A program made the position numbers and the translations under genes. A stretch of DNA of 64,000 nucleotides, from contig NC_052147.1 in the NCBI RefSeq assembly GCF_902713615.1, positions 199,603,764 through 199,667,763 of the forward strand. Reading direction: 5' to 3'. Below, one piece after another: positions 26,731 to 40,000 of the stretch. Every line of letters begins with the position of its first letter. The first letter of the stretch is position 1. This DNA comes from Scyliorhinus canicula (Eukaryota). The notes beneath the pieces were generated by a model. It saw nothing but the letters and a program-made list of their open reading frames with translations, was not told the DNA's origin and did not search any database.

Positions 26731-29439
26731 GAGTGGCATTCCTGCGGAGTATTTTAGCACTTTTAGCAAGATTGTGAACTTCGTGACATTTAAGAGCATA
26801 AATTAAATAATTCGTTCTTAAAAATTGTAACTCTCATTGAATTAATAAATAAGCCTTTTCTAATGATTATGTTTATTATTTTTTCGTTGTTCTTTTTCAT
26901 GCGTTTACACTGAATTATGTATTGTCAAGAAAATTGATAAATCACAAATCAGTCTTTCCAAGTATTATAAAAAGATCAGAGTGTAGCTATCGCATACCTC
27001 CAGGTAAACAGCCTGGGTTTATTGAATATTATAGCTAAACAAATATTCATCTCGTTTAATTATGTAACAGAGACGAAAGGAGCTTGATTGATAAAACCTG
27101 CATAAGAATTCTTGTCTGCATCATTAACACACAGGAATTAACATGGACGATGCTTTGAGAATTATATGAAAATATACGATGAACACAATTACTAGCAATT
27201 GTTGCTTGTGAAATGAGGTAAAATGAAACTACTTTCTCAATAGGGCAATGAACACCTCTCCCAATCTTTTTTTAAATTTTTTTTATTACTTTATCTTAGC
27301 TACAAAGCCAGGGCTCAGAGTGTGGACAGAGGCGAACCCCTAATCCAGCTCCTTGCCTGCTCCAAAAACCAATTCAAATTGAATCCAATTCATGGCCCCC
27401 ATAAAGGAGACATACCAGATCTGAGCCAAAAGGCTCAATCTACGCTCGATCTTAGCCCTCTCCCAATCTGATATATCCGAGTATGATACATTTCTGTTTG
27501 TCGACCTGTTCTAAAAATAAATAATTGATATTGACACACTTACAATGTTATAAATAATAGTACGATTTAATTGCAAATGTTACAATATCTTTACACATGT
27601 ATTTGATTCTAGCAACAATTTGCAATATTATTTTAAGCAGTTTCTGTGTCCCTTTGACAAAATACCTGTTGGTCTATGCGGTAGATACAGGCAAGTATAG
27701 ATCAGCAGTTTGAAAATATCTCTTTCATTTGCCAATACATTTCAGATGCTAAAAAATTGAACCAATATTACTATAATTGTACGCCGCATGGATACTCAAA
27801 CCAATCCATTGCATTTTATCTACCAGTTAAAATAATCTAGAGACTGAAGGAATTCAAACATGTGACAGATATGACAATTTCAAATGGATGCAATTGCAAT
27901 CTCCCTCGATTCACTTTAATGTTAAGTGTGAGAAATCATAACCAATCCCTCTGGATATTTAATCACTGGGAATGGATACAAAGAAATGCCTTGGAAAATA
28001 TAACATCTCGCCCGCCCTTTTTCTGCGCATATTTCTACAGCAAGATGTTGCACCTAAATGGAAACGATGGTGGTGGGGGGGGGGGGGGGGGGGGGGGGGG
28101 AGAGAGAGAGAGTTGCGGGAACGGGACCCAGTATTTCTTTCGTGACCGTTACGTGCGAGCAATTATCATGGGTTTGGAATTTTTCCTACCAAATTAAAAC
28201 ACCCCGAAGTCTGCAGAGGTTAGAGTTTTGATATAGGTAACATCCAATTTAGGTACAACTTGTTGCAGTAAATGAGTCATCAGATGGGCGAGCTGCTATT
28301 ATTTGAAACATTTGCATTAAAAATACCGCAGTTAAATATTTATTGAATGGGCTGCTGATTACTAGCACATTAAAACCACAGTCTGTTATCGACTGCAGGG
28401 TAATTATTGCAAGAGTACCACTCATTTGTGCAAAGTTCTGTCACGTGGTTGGTCATCATGAAAATGTTGGCCAAACATTTCTTCTAAATTCTGATCGTTT
28501 CTATGATTACTGCACGGAATTATCCGGATCATTAACACAAGGCGCATCATTCATCTCTGCAATTCATCCTCAGCGTAAAAGAGTCCAACTAACATCCTCG
28601 TCCGAAAGACGCGGAAAAGCACACACTGACAAAAGGAGAAACAAGGCGCCAATCACCAATAACGATCAGATTTCACTCCCGCAAAATAACAGGAACAATT
28701 GTATTGCTATTGGCAGGAACAATAATCATTATCCCATGAGTAAACGACACACCCTGATTAATCTCCGCTCTGGATCATATGAGAAAATATCAGCTGCTTT
28801 GTAGAGAAGCTTTCATACCAAAAATTGACAAGAATCGCAACTCTTCGTCCCTATTGCGGAAAAGAAATATTTAATTCATCTGCGCCACTAGTCCCCATTT
28901 GAATTGAAATGACCACCCGTACACGGTTTGAATCTGTCTTGTTTGTTCATTTATGTCGAATGCTTCTCGACCTCCCAAACAGTTGCCTGCAACTCGACCA
29001 ACGAAACAAACGCCCTTCCCTCCTCTGTCCAGCGCTGTTATCTGCGACAGCAGAGAATAGAAAAACACAGCACTTACCCGCTTCCGGGCGGTTCCCCAGA
29101 ATAGTAACCAGCTGGATGTAGTATTCCATTTCGACTTTTTCGACAATAAAGGAACTTAAAAAAAGGTAAAGCGAAACTGAAGGGCAAACGGAACACTGTA
29201 AACAGACGTCAGCGGTCTGTGAGAGTGATCAGGTTGCTAAATCCCAGCATGGGTCGAATGACTTCCTCATAGTTGCACAGAAAAGGACTGAATAGCGCGA
29301 ATACAGCGGAAAGTCTCCTTTTTTGCAAGCAGCTGGCGTCAAATACCAACGACAAAAGCAGGCAAGGGCAGATACTGACAGAAAAGACGATTTGAGACGA
29401 GTTAGCAGCGGAATGCAGTGAAATATTCACAAGGGAAAT

Positions 29440-29570
29440 CATGAAAAGGCCATGAACGCAGTTACTAGGTTCACGTGACCCATGGCAGCCAATAGGAACG
29501 TCGCCTTCGTCGTAAAAGGTCCATTACAAAGTTGTAAATTTTCTTCAAACAAAAAGGAATTCGCAGCAAT
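29440..29570 (-). promoter_or_regulatory. Orphan Hox-type promoter between HoxD8 and HoxD5 (probably the element conserved in all four clusters between groups 8/7 and 6)
   Basis: Minus strand ATTTACAAC-TAATGG-TTTTACGAC-ATTGG-GTCACGTGA in tight array, with no coding exon after it. Strong donor CGG|GTAAGT at 29077. Confidence 0.6.
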
Positions 29571-32500
29571 TCCTTGCGGATTTCACAAGTACAGCTCACA
29601 AGCGCCATGTTTCCTTTAACGAGTTCTTTGCTGCAGCTATTTGTTACCCTGTGTATTGTAACGAACGCCTTAACTAACTATATAAGCGGAAATGCCGCGC
29701 CAACATAGAGGGAGACATCTCCCACAGCAATGGGCATTCCGCAGTCTAGCAATTAAATCGCTACAATTTGTTTGTACATCCATAGTTATGTTAGTTCGTG
29801 GTTCGAATAAGTTAATGAGTGTCAGTTGTATTTTTTTTGGGGTGCGGGAAAGCAAGTTCAACAAATAATTAAACGTGTAATGATCACAGTTCCTAATGCC
29901 GCCAGTTATGTAACTGAAAGCTGCTCTTTTTGGGATTTTTGCCTTGATTTTCACTGGCCATTCGATATGGCCGAGGCCAAGAGTAGGAAATAAGCGAAGC
30001 AGAAGGGTGTTCGTCTGTTAAATAAATATCAAAACTGCGGCGGCCGCCTTCCTTCAAATAGTAATCAATAATAAAAGCAATGTATTAATTTATTCTTAAT
30101 GTTGCACGGTGCATTCTGCACAGGTGAGAGGTTGAAGATGAAGTATCGGTGCATATGTAGCTACCTAATTATACCTTGTATTTCCATTCCAATCACATGG
30201 AGTGTGATACCCTTCCTGTCTCCATTATGGGCAGAAAATGGTTCTATATCAAATGTAAAAACACATCCAAGTGGTCAATAAGGCTTGCCTAAGCCGGATA
30301 AAATAGATTCTGGGTTAACACATTGGGGAGAATGAAAATGAATCAGTTCGTTCAGTATTTTCTCCCTTCAATGGCGGGGAGCGGACTCTGCGATGAAATA
30401 CTCCACCGTGTACAATTCACGTCAACTCCATTCATGGGGACGGGGACGGGGGGGGGGGGGGGGAGATGGCTCGTCGATATTTGATAACCATAATTTTACC
30501 CCCTATCCGCATATATCCCGGGGGTTTAACTCGGGAGAAAGGCCATCACTTGGTTGCTCTATTGCTTTGAGCTAATCTTACTGGGGGGGGGGGGGGGGGG
30601 GGGTGTAGAAATCATGACCGCTTAACCTGATCCGTGTCGGTATCTGATTTTCAATTTATGGTAAGGAAAACACTACCAGAAATGTCGCGTCAAAATTGCA
30701 AGGATTCTGACCAGAACGGCCAAGCCAGCAAGTTACCCTCAGTGTGGATGTGCAAAGTCTGGGTGTGCGCTGGGTGGTATAGGAGGAGGCTGAGTGCTGC
30801 AGGAGTGTCTGCAGAGGTTTATACACGGGATTGAACCGAAAAGAGCCTTTTACAATGATTGAGAAGGGAGGATTTTTTAATGTATATAATGTTGGAATTT
30901 TTTCATCTCCATTGTTTGTTTAAAAAAAAATCAATGGAGGCAACGCTCACATGTACGTGCGAATTCCAAACAAAGCTTCGTCATTCTGTGCACCGTCTTT
31001 CGGGAGATTTCAACGGGAGATTCCTACTATCTCAGACAATTATTAATCTGGCCCTGCCCTGGTGCATCACTTGGTGGTCGCTATTCCGGTGAAGACCCGA
31101 TTTGATCGCCCAACTTTTAAATGGGAGCAGATGCAAAATGGACTTAAAAAAAATGTTTCGGGCCATAGGACGTTTTAATAACAGATTTATTGAAACTTGA
31201 TATCAGTACGTTTTCTAAAAGCGGTCAGTGCAAATATATTGAGGGGGGGGGGGGGGTATCTGGCTAGAGAGCAAGAGAGACTTGTGAAAACATGTTAATT
31301 TTGGACAGAGCACTCCCCTCCGATGCCTAAATGCAATTTCAAAAATAAACACTATTATTTCTTTATTTCGAGTTGATTTATTCTGCAAAATTACTTATCC
31401 GTTTTGACCGGGTACTGATTGTGGCATTGAATATACTTCCAAAATATATTTGCATTCAAATACAACATGATGCCATTGAGTTCAGGATGCATCAAATTGA
31501 CAATATGAAAATGTTTGAACAAAATTGGAATTTCCCAATTGTTGTCCGTCTTGAATGAGATAATATTTCACACGCTCACACTACCTGATAGAATGAGGAT
31601 GTTTTGGAAGTTTGACTTTTTGTTATGTAACATTTAATTCCATTCGATTACAAATCCGAACTGTACGGTGAAGCGGAAATTATTATAGTTATGGAATCTG
31701 GAGACCGCTGGTCAAATGTATAATGCCATCTTTAGTTTTACAGATAAACGCGGCATTTTAATTGTTTGTTTAACATTTGAAATACAATGTTTGCTTTTTC
31801 TCCCCCTGTTGATTGTTTCCTGTTTGCTCTTATCAATATTTTCCGTGATTCAGGCTGATCGTGTGCGCAAAGAAAAAGAGAGATTGGAAATTGCCGATTC
31901 CTGCGGTTGACGTTTATATGCAACATGCACGCACTGATCCTCTTCAAATTTCTACTTGGCTCGACCGCGGATGAAGGAAAATGTCATGAAAAGTTGGACG
32001 GTTAAGCAACAGCTGAATATTCTCCTTTCGCTCCCAGCCTTTAAACCAGGGAGGAATAAAATGGAGGCCAGAAATCCGCAGTTTGTCCAGTGATTTGTAG
32101 TATTAGAACTTTTATTGTCGGTTTTACGAGATTTGCTGATATACGTGTACAGTAGACCGCAGTTTAACACCAAACACTAACTTTTACAACGGAGGTTTAG
32201 CCACACATGAGCCAGGCATGTGATCTGATTAACCAATGGTAATTCGAAAGACTTTTAACTTGAGGCATAGATAAACTAATATTCTAATCATCAGCTATAT
32301 CATTAACTTTTATAACTACATATAAAGAATTACGCCATCTTCAGGCTTTCGCATCCCTGTAACAGGGCGGCGATGCTGTATTGCAGGCATGCACCTTGTG
32401 GCCACAGAAATAGACAAACACAAATAAAGTACATCTGATTTCACCGTAAAGAACACAATCTCGAAACCGCCAGACACTAGCTGGCGAGCTAGTGATCCAG

Positions 32501-32860
32501 CCATTGAGCTGATACTCTCAGTGCAAGCGTAAATATATCTACTTGGATTTGCTTTTGGGACACCCGGCGTTGAATGAAACAAGTACGCAATTAAATTTAA
32601 TCAACATTTATTAATTTAATCACATTCGACCATCATAAAAAGTGACTATTGCTGCGGAATACCTTGTAATTTATTTTATTTTTTTTGCTTGTGTTTATAA
32701 TATGCGTATCAGAGATAGGTAATGGTTGAGAATTTCTAGCCGTAATACACCACCAATTATTTCACACGCACAGTAATTAAGACACATCGTTAAGTGCAGG
32801 GGTTTTTTTTCTATCATTAATTAAGTGTGTTCGCAATACATTCCAAATTATCCATTCTAT

Positions 32861-32881
32861 TAGGCAGTTCATGTTGTTGGG
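32861..32881 (-). promoter_or_regulatory. miR-196 target site in HoxD8 3'UTR
   Basis: mRNA sense CCCAACAACAUGAACUGCCUA is complementary to miR-196a (UAGGUAGUUUCAUGUUGUUGGG) except for one G:U pair and one bulged U. Confidence 0.9.
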
Positions 32882-33251
32882 TATAATCACAAAAATGCTA
32901 ACTAAAATCAGCAAACTAAATCAATCACCACATCATTTCATATTCTCGTCTTATTAAAAAGCAATAAAATCTTTATTCAAAATGGCTTTTTCTTCTGAGA
33001 TTTTGCCACTTTCCACTTTTAAAGGGAGCTGCAAAATTGATTTGTCAGAGTGTGATTGAAAAGGTTAAAATTATGCGCACAGAATTCATTAGAAATAATG
33101 TGGAATTAAGACTCTAAAGAGCTTAAAAACCAGATGGACTGTTTACAGGAAACCAGCTATCAAAGTGCTGGAGAATTCATTCTATACACGTTTAACAGTG
33201 GATTTAGCACAAACTGAATGACGTTTCGCTTGGAGGCCAAAGGAGGTAAAG

Positions 33252-33547
33252 TTACTTTGTCTCTTTTTCTGTTGTCTCCTGTTCAGGTTCTTCCTGTTCT
33301 TTCTTCACCTCTTCCTCTTCCTCGTCGTTCCTGGAGGTTGGAAATTTGTCCTTGTTGTTTTCCTTTTTCCATTTCATCCTCCTGTTTTGAAACCATATCT
33401 TCACCTGTCTCTCAGTTAGTCCCAGAGCATGTGAAACCTCGATCCTTCGCTTCCGAGTCAGATACGGATTGAAGAGGAATTCTTTCTCCAGCTCCAGGGT
33501 TTGGAATCGGCTGTAAGTCTGTCTCCCTCTGCGTCTACCGGGCGCTG
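33252..33547 (-). CDS. HOXD8: Homeobox protein Hox-D8, exon 2 (homeodomain); full protein 240 aa
   Basis: Manual translation: [73 protein letters not shown] followed by an acidic tail. TAA at 33254-33252. Confidence 0.96.
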
Positions 33548-33777
33548 CTAAAGAACACGGGAATCACAAAGACAATCATTATGGCATCAAATGCATACAA
33601 CCAAATAGCGACAAACTAGGAACAAGAAGGGCAAAACTTTGCTTTGGACGGTAATGCCATACAAAGAAAGTGCTCCTATAAAAGCGGAGAGACTATTATA
33701 GACAGCGTTAAACACCTTGGCGATATAACTGAGCAGCAGTAAAACGTGAGATGGAAGTTAATTCTAATATATCCAAC

Positions 33778-34204
33778 CTTGAGGTCTCATCCAGGGAAAC
33801 ATTTGAGTAGGAGACGAGTTCTGATTTAAGTGCTCTGGTTCTTCGCCAATATTACTGCTAGACGATTTACAGTCAGGATATTGTACCAGATCGGCCTCTT
33901 GCTGTGTCGTAAAAATTTGCTGTCTTTGTAAGTTATCGTATCCGTAAAATTTAGAGGGGTCACCATGACACGTAATTCCACAAGGATTCTGTTGAAAGCC
34001 AGCGTTAGGAAGTGCAGATGTCCCATGGTGGTAAAAATCTTGAACTTGAGCTGGGTGCTGGAAGCTTGCGCCGGTGCTGGGACCATAGACCACAGCGTGC
34101 CTGCTCGTCACGTCTTGAGGAAACCGGCAGTCGTAGTAAGTGGGACTGAGAGCTTCTCCGGGTTTGTATTTGGGGTAGAATGGATTCACAAAATATGAAC
34201 TCAT
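33778..34204 (-). CDS. HOXD8: Homeobox protein Hox-D8, exon 1
   Basis: [14 protein letters not shown]...[11 protein letters not shown]...LVQYPDCK...[17 protein letters not shown]. Donor CAAG|GTTGG at 33777. Confidence 0.96.
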
Positions 34205-34853
34205 CTGTGCAGACTCTGGAATGGCCAATGAATATCAACAAAATAAATGTTAAACAATACAGCAGTGATGTTATTGGGTCCCCCGGTCTACAGACTGCTC
34301 ATGATGGCAATGCAGGTCCAGTATGCACTGATGCCCCTGTGGAACATACTCGCTAATACTGTAGGTACACAACTGCCTCACGGCTCTGGCTGCTACACTC
34401 TGAAACCGCAGATCAGGAGTAAAGCAGCAGGCAAGGTTTTTGCCTGCCCTTTACTGTTACCGCTTTCACGGGCAACACGTCTCTGCTGGAAAATGATATA
34501 TTTTAAAAGAAAATGTAGAGGGCATACAGATCGGAAAAAAAAGATAACATGCGGATTAATATATTCGGCACACTCTCATTACAATTAGGCGGGCCGCATC
34601 ACAGAAAACATGAAATACGTGCGCCACTCAACTGAGGAGAGATGAAGCTGGCCTGGTTACAGCACAGCAATTAGATTTTAGAACACAACAAGGTGAGATT
34701 GGTTTCAAGGTCAAGACATAGTCAAAAATGGGGAGAATAAGCCACAGGACCAAAAGGCTAAGGTTAGAATGAAGATCAGGGATTATTTTTTATTGCCTGT
34801 TTCTGTAAATCTTGTCGGATCTGCGTGGTCTGTCAATCTGTCTGTCTACCTAG

Positions 34854-35271
34854 NNNNNNNNNNNNNNNNNNNNNNNNNNNNNNNNNNNNNNNNNNNNNNN
34901 NNNNNNNNNNNNNNNNNNNNNNNNNNNNNNNNNNNNNNNNNNNNNNNNNNNNNNNNNNNNNNNNNNNNNNNNNNNNNNNNNNNNNNNNNNNNNNNNNNNN
35001 NNNNNNNNNNNNNNNNNNNNNNNNNNNNNNNNNNNNNNNNNNNNNNNNNNNNNNNNNNNNNNNNNNNNNNNNNNNNNNNNNNNNNNNNNNNNNNNNNNNN
35101 NNNNNNNNNNNNNNNNNNNNNNNNNNNNNNNNNNNNNNNNNNNNNNNNNNNNNNNNNNNNNNNNNNNNNNNNNNNNNNNNNNNNNNNNNNNNNNNNNNNN
35201 NNNNNNNNNNNNNNNNNNNNNNNNNNNNNNNNNNNNNNNNNNNNNNNNNNNNNNNNNNNNNNNNNNNNNNN
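34854..35271. other. Assembly gap (418 N)
   Basis: Run of N preceded by tctgtctgtcta, suggesting an unresolved microsatellite. Confidence 0.99.
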
Positions 35272-36438
35272 GTTTCCATGCTTAACTTTAGTTGACGCAC
35301 AGATACTTTTAAAAGTTACATATAAACTGTTAACAATCAGCAACAATTCTAATTGTTGGTTTAAATAGCCGGCAGATAAACATAAATGGAACCTTGCTCA
35401 GACAAATACATCAGGCAGCATTAAGATGCTATAGGTGAAATATCCCTTCTACAAAGAAGGCGAAGAAATAGTTACCCTTGCCTCAGATTTGAAAAAAACC
35501 GGCTCGCTTGACTGAGATTTGGAGGTTAATTGCTAGCTAATGAAAATCATGCTTGTGAATACAATTTCCATCATTTCAGCCCCGATACACGTCATTGCTG
35601 AGAAAAGCTGCCCGGGTCTCCGGGCAAACACAAAGTTCGTAGCTTGAGGTTGAAATTTCATCAACAACTTGGGCATCGAGAGGAACAGCAAGCCTGAGAT
35701 GGCAGGCGTGCAGTTCCCCAGCTTTAGTTGTTGATAGCTCAGCCGCTCATGGATAAAGTGAATCACAATTTCTTTGCTTCAAGCAACTGTGTTTAAAGTT
35801 TAAACGAATAGAGCCCTTGATCTGTTAAACATGCATCCAGCAGTGAACTTTGTTCCTCACGCTCCGGTGGTTGCCTCAACTCTCCAGACTGCTTCAGGGA
35901 AATAAAGTCAGAAATGTCTTCACTGGCTGCTTCCACTTGTACTTTAGCGACTGCAGAATATGGTCATTCAAAACTCAGTCCTGAATGTGCGGGAGCGACC
36001 TTCCTTTCCAGTAACTTTTCATTTATTTGCATGAAGCAAAAGCAGTGAGCAGAAAAGCCACAATTCAAACCGCGCTATGATTGTTTAATTATAATAGTGT
36101 CCATGAATTTATACCTTAAAATAGAAATAAAAGCTGCCGTTGGCCCTGTTTGAACTGCACGATAGCACCAAGGCGAAAATCGCATTCTACGTTACAAAAA
36201 CCTCCAGAAAACTTCCACAAGGATTAAAAAAAACCCCATCAACTGCAGTGCGATGAATAGGCGGCATATTAATATTGCTGTGTACAGATTTACAAATGTG
36301 AATTTACATTAGGCAAAAATCCATTCCACCATCAGGGTTACTGCGATTAAGCAAATTTCTAAAGGAGGAATGACGTGAGATATTCTGTTTCCCATTTGTT
36401 TTTACACAAAGCATTCAAATCAATATATTACTTTAAAC

Positions 36439-37094
36439 AAAACTGACCCATTAGGTTGGGAAGCTTAAATATACATCTGGCTGTTAATTTCACTGTATTT
36501 ATTAGCTCTGTTTGACTTTTCTTTGTGTGTTCTAACCGAAGGGTAGAGGCGCCAGAATTTGGAGAGAATAAGTTAACACTTGTCGGGTTTATTGAATAAT
36601 TCCTCAATGATCAGCGGCCACTACGTGTATCTGATATTTGTTGTAAGAAGTCAGTGGACGTGCAGGGTATCTGACTAATATAGAGCAATGAAGTATCATT
36701 TTTTAAAATAAAAAGAACGGCGGCCAGGGAATTTTTTTTGCCGAAATTTTGGGAACGTTATTTTTCAAATAGCGCCTCCATCCTCACTCTGTAGATACAA
36801 TTTAAAATTTAACTTCAATTATCATTCATCTTCCTCTCTGGAATATTTATAAAATTGTAGCTAATTGATTCCGGGTGGCGGGTATGCAACGAGCTGACAG
36901 AAGTCAAATCAATGTGCAGTTCAGTTTATTTTGCTTCACAATCTGTAACTGATCTCAAACGCTTGAAAGATATTTCAGGACCTAGTACATGTCCTGTAAG
37001 ATTAGCCGCTAGCGGCTATTGTATTACTTTTTAAAAACTGGCCCATAAGGTTGGGAAGCTTAAATATGCATCTGGCTGTTAATATCACTGTATT
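36439..37094 (+). repeat. Dispersed direct repeat: 61-bp copies at 36439-36499 and 37034-37094
   Basis: 57/61 identical by manual alignment; offset 595 bp. Confidence 0.9.
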
Positions 37095-40000
37095 GTTTTG
37101 GATTATTGTTTTGGAGACCGGAATGCACAATGAAATAAATAAATGTTTACCCCTGTAAAAGTCAATTATTACACAGCTTGCTAAGGTTAGCTGCAAATAC
37201 ATTCCATTTGTTGTTTTCCTGCTATACTACATGCTAACCTTTAAGTTTCAGAATAGTGAATTTTTAAATTAAAATTGAGGAATGAAAAATCTGTCACCCT
37301 TAATCTGGAAATCCACACCGAATTATCTGGCTGTGACTGTACAACGTGACCATTGTACAAAGATCATATTTTACAGTTTCACCGAAGGAACATTATTCGA
37401 ACAAAGGAGAAAGCAGACAAACATGTGGATTTTTTTTGTGAAAACTTAACTTTTAACTGGTGCAAATTACGAGTCACTCTTCAGTTTGTTCTCACAAATA
37501 TTTTACGACCAAATGTCTGCCCTATGCAACAATTTAATGGTAAATTTAAAGAAAAAAGTCATGTGGAACTTCTAACCTTTAAGCGAGCACATGGTCACAC
37601 GTCTTTGATTTTGAACGTTCTTTCTGAGTATTTGCAATTGTAACATTAAACTTACATTTTGAAATTTCTCATACAAACAAGTTTCAGATATTACTGTTTT
37701 TCATGTTTTCTAAATTTAAACGGACTGTGAGAAAATATTACTGTCCTTTTAACCGATTTACAATGTATCTGTTGTCATTTGCAGGTTCCCAATTTGGTAT
37801 AGTGGAGCGACAGCACCGCCCAGTGGATAATGTAATGAACTGCGATTCAAGTGGAACGGGGGCGACTTCGGTTCATTTTTGTGAGGAATCATTTAAGAAT
37901 CAGTTAAAATTCTTGTGAAGATACGAGGCATAAAAGGAACTCCATTAGATCTCATTAAATGTTTTAAAAATATTTTTATGTGGAATGATTCAGAATTGTC
38001 AGTGCAGTTTGTCTGATTAGCCTTGCACGACTTTAACTTGGCATTTAGCATTCTCAAGCGAAATCACAGCGTTCAAAAAGTTAGATGATACCGTGAAACT
38101 TTACAAACTTGGTATTTGACAGAAAACAGTCGACTAATTATATATTATTTCCCTCATGACTGTATAAAAGAACTGTAAGTTAAATTAGTTGACTGCCTAT
38201 ATGTAAATTACTGAAGTAGCAAAAAGTATTCAGAGGTAATAATCTGAATAAAAACGCGGGGGTGGGGAGATATGGTTGACTGCACGTGTATACTAAGACA
38301 AAGAAAGTAACAGAGAAATACAGACCATCAGCGACTATTCAATGTATGGTAATATCTAAATATGTTTGCTATAGTTTGAGAAAGGGATTTTCCGGATGTG
38401 CTGTATTTGCTGCTGCTACATTAAAAAAAACATTGTGAATAAATGTGTGTGTGCACATGGGCGCGACGAGAAACGTTCATTTAGATTCAAAATTCGATAA
38501 ATTCAGAAGGCGGGAGCTGTATTCAGTTTAGTCTTCACTCGTCATTTATCAACCCCATATCCGCCTATTCATCATTTGCATCTTGCATGATAAAATAAAT
38601 TGAACGTAAATATTATTTATTTAGGGGTCTGTTTTCTTTTCCAGCGCCTGCCTTTTCAGTTCACAAAGTAACCCTATCGATTTGTACCATATTGTTATTT
38701 GACTGGTCATTTGGATTAATATTAAATGTAAATTTGACGTACAGTGGAGTGTATTTCACTTCATTGTACTTCCTATATGTCTGTTTGGGAATTGAGTCGA
38801 TTGTCCACGCTGAAGAGTCAACGCGGAATTAATTGTCCTCGTTCCTTTAACTAGTGTCTGCGTTTTTGTTTGTCATCAACAGACAAAACATCTGAATTGG
38901 CTGATTTCAAAGGAGCCCGTAATTACATGAAAAAAACTGTAAAGTCATTAAGGTCAGGCGTCTAGCCAGGAGTGGGGTTTATTGTACCCCGTTCCTTCCG
39001 GTTCTAAGTACTGTATGTAGAATAGTGGCAATAGATGGCGTTGCAATTCAACACCTTCAGAGCTGTAAAGTTTTCAGAGGAATCTCCAGAAGGAATGAAG
39101 TTCTAGATTTACCAGTGCGCGCAATTGCTTTCAGCTTGAAACATTAATGAAACAGTGGCGTGATGTAAAATGAATCTGTCTGTGCTCAGGGCCCATTTAT
39201 GTCCACAGTTAAAATAAATCCGCACCCACTGTTTTGCCAAGAATGTGTACTTTGTTGTTTATTTTCGTACCTTTAACTCATGTATCCAGTGTGTTGTAAC
39301 TATGAATCATTGCAACGTGCTACACGTCGGATATCCGCGATAATAATATAAATAACATTGTTCAAACGACAAAGGAGAAACTATAAAACAGCTTCGTGCA
39401 CAAAAGACCGAAAGTAACTTCCAACAGAGAGCATCGTACAGTAAGGAAATGAAGAAAATGCATCGAACAAAACAGATTTTGTTTGAAAGGATACTAGATC
39501 CACATTATTTATAATATGCACGTGTATCAGCACGTGATTAGTGGATAACTGCTAATTACTGCAATCCAGAGGAGGGAAAAAACAAGATTTCAGATTTGTT
39601 TTGATAATCTACACAACCAGTGGTCTTTACCCACCGGGGTCAATATTAGTTTGTTGATTTGAACGAACTCCACTTTGGACCATCGTAATATTAGCAATTC
39701 CGGCTGTGGGAACGTAGTACCCCTCTAAAGAAACATATTGCTATGCAATCCCTCCTGAAATTGTTAAAGATCACATTCAACGGTGTTAATCGTAAATCAT
39801 AAATGACTTTTCAAGCAGTCAGCAAATCTGAAATGTTTATAAATTTTATTGTTAGCGTAACGTGAGGTACAAACCAGCGGGCTGGGGTGGAACTTTCTGC
39901 TTTAGCCGCTTGACTTCTGCAGTGCTGCATGGCTTTAACTTTCACATCTCTGGCAGCTGTTAAATACTGCAGAGGACCTGGGAGTAAGTCGAAAACTACT

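Noticed and set aside
28343-28804. 153-aa plus-strand ORF
   Set aside because: Non-ATG start, no recognisable domain and antisense to the cluster; most likely chance.
29600-32500. Search for a HoxD7 pseudogene
   Set aside because: No recognisable Hox7 N-terminus, YPWM motif or homeobox remnant was seen.
34769-35368. Long ORFs spanning poly-X
   Set aside because: Artefacts of the N gap.
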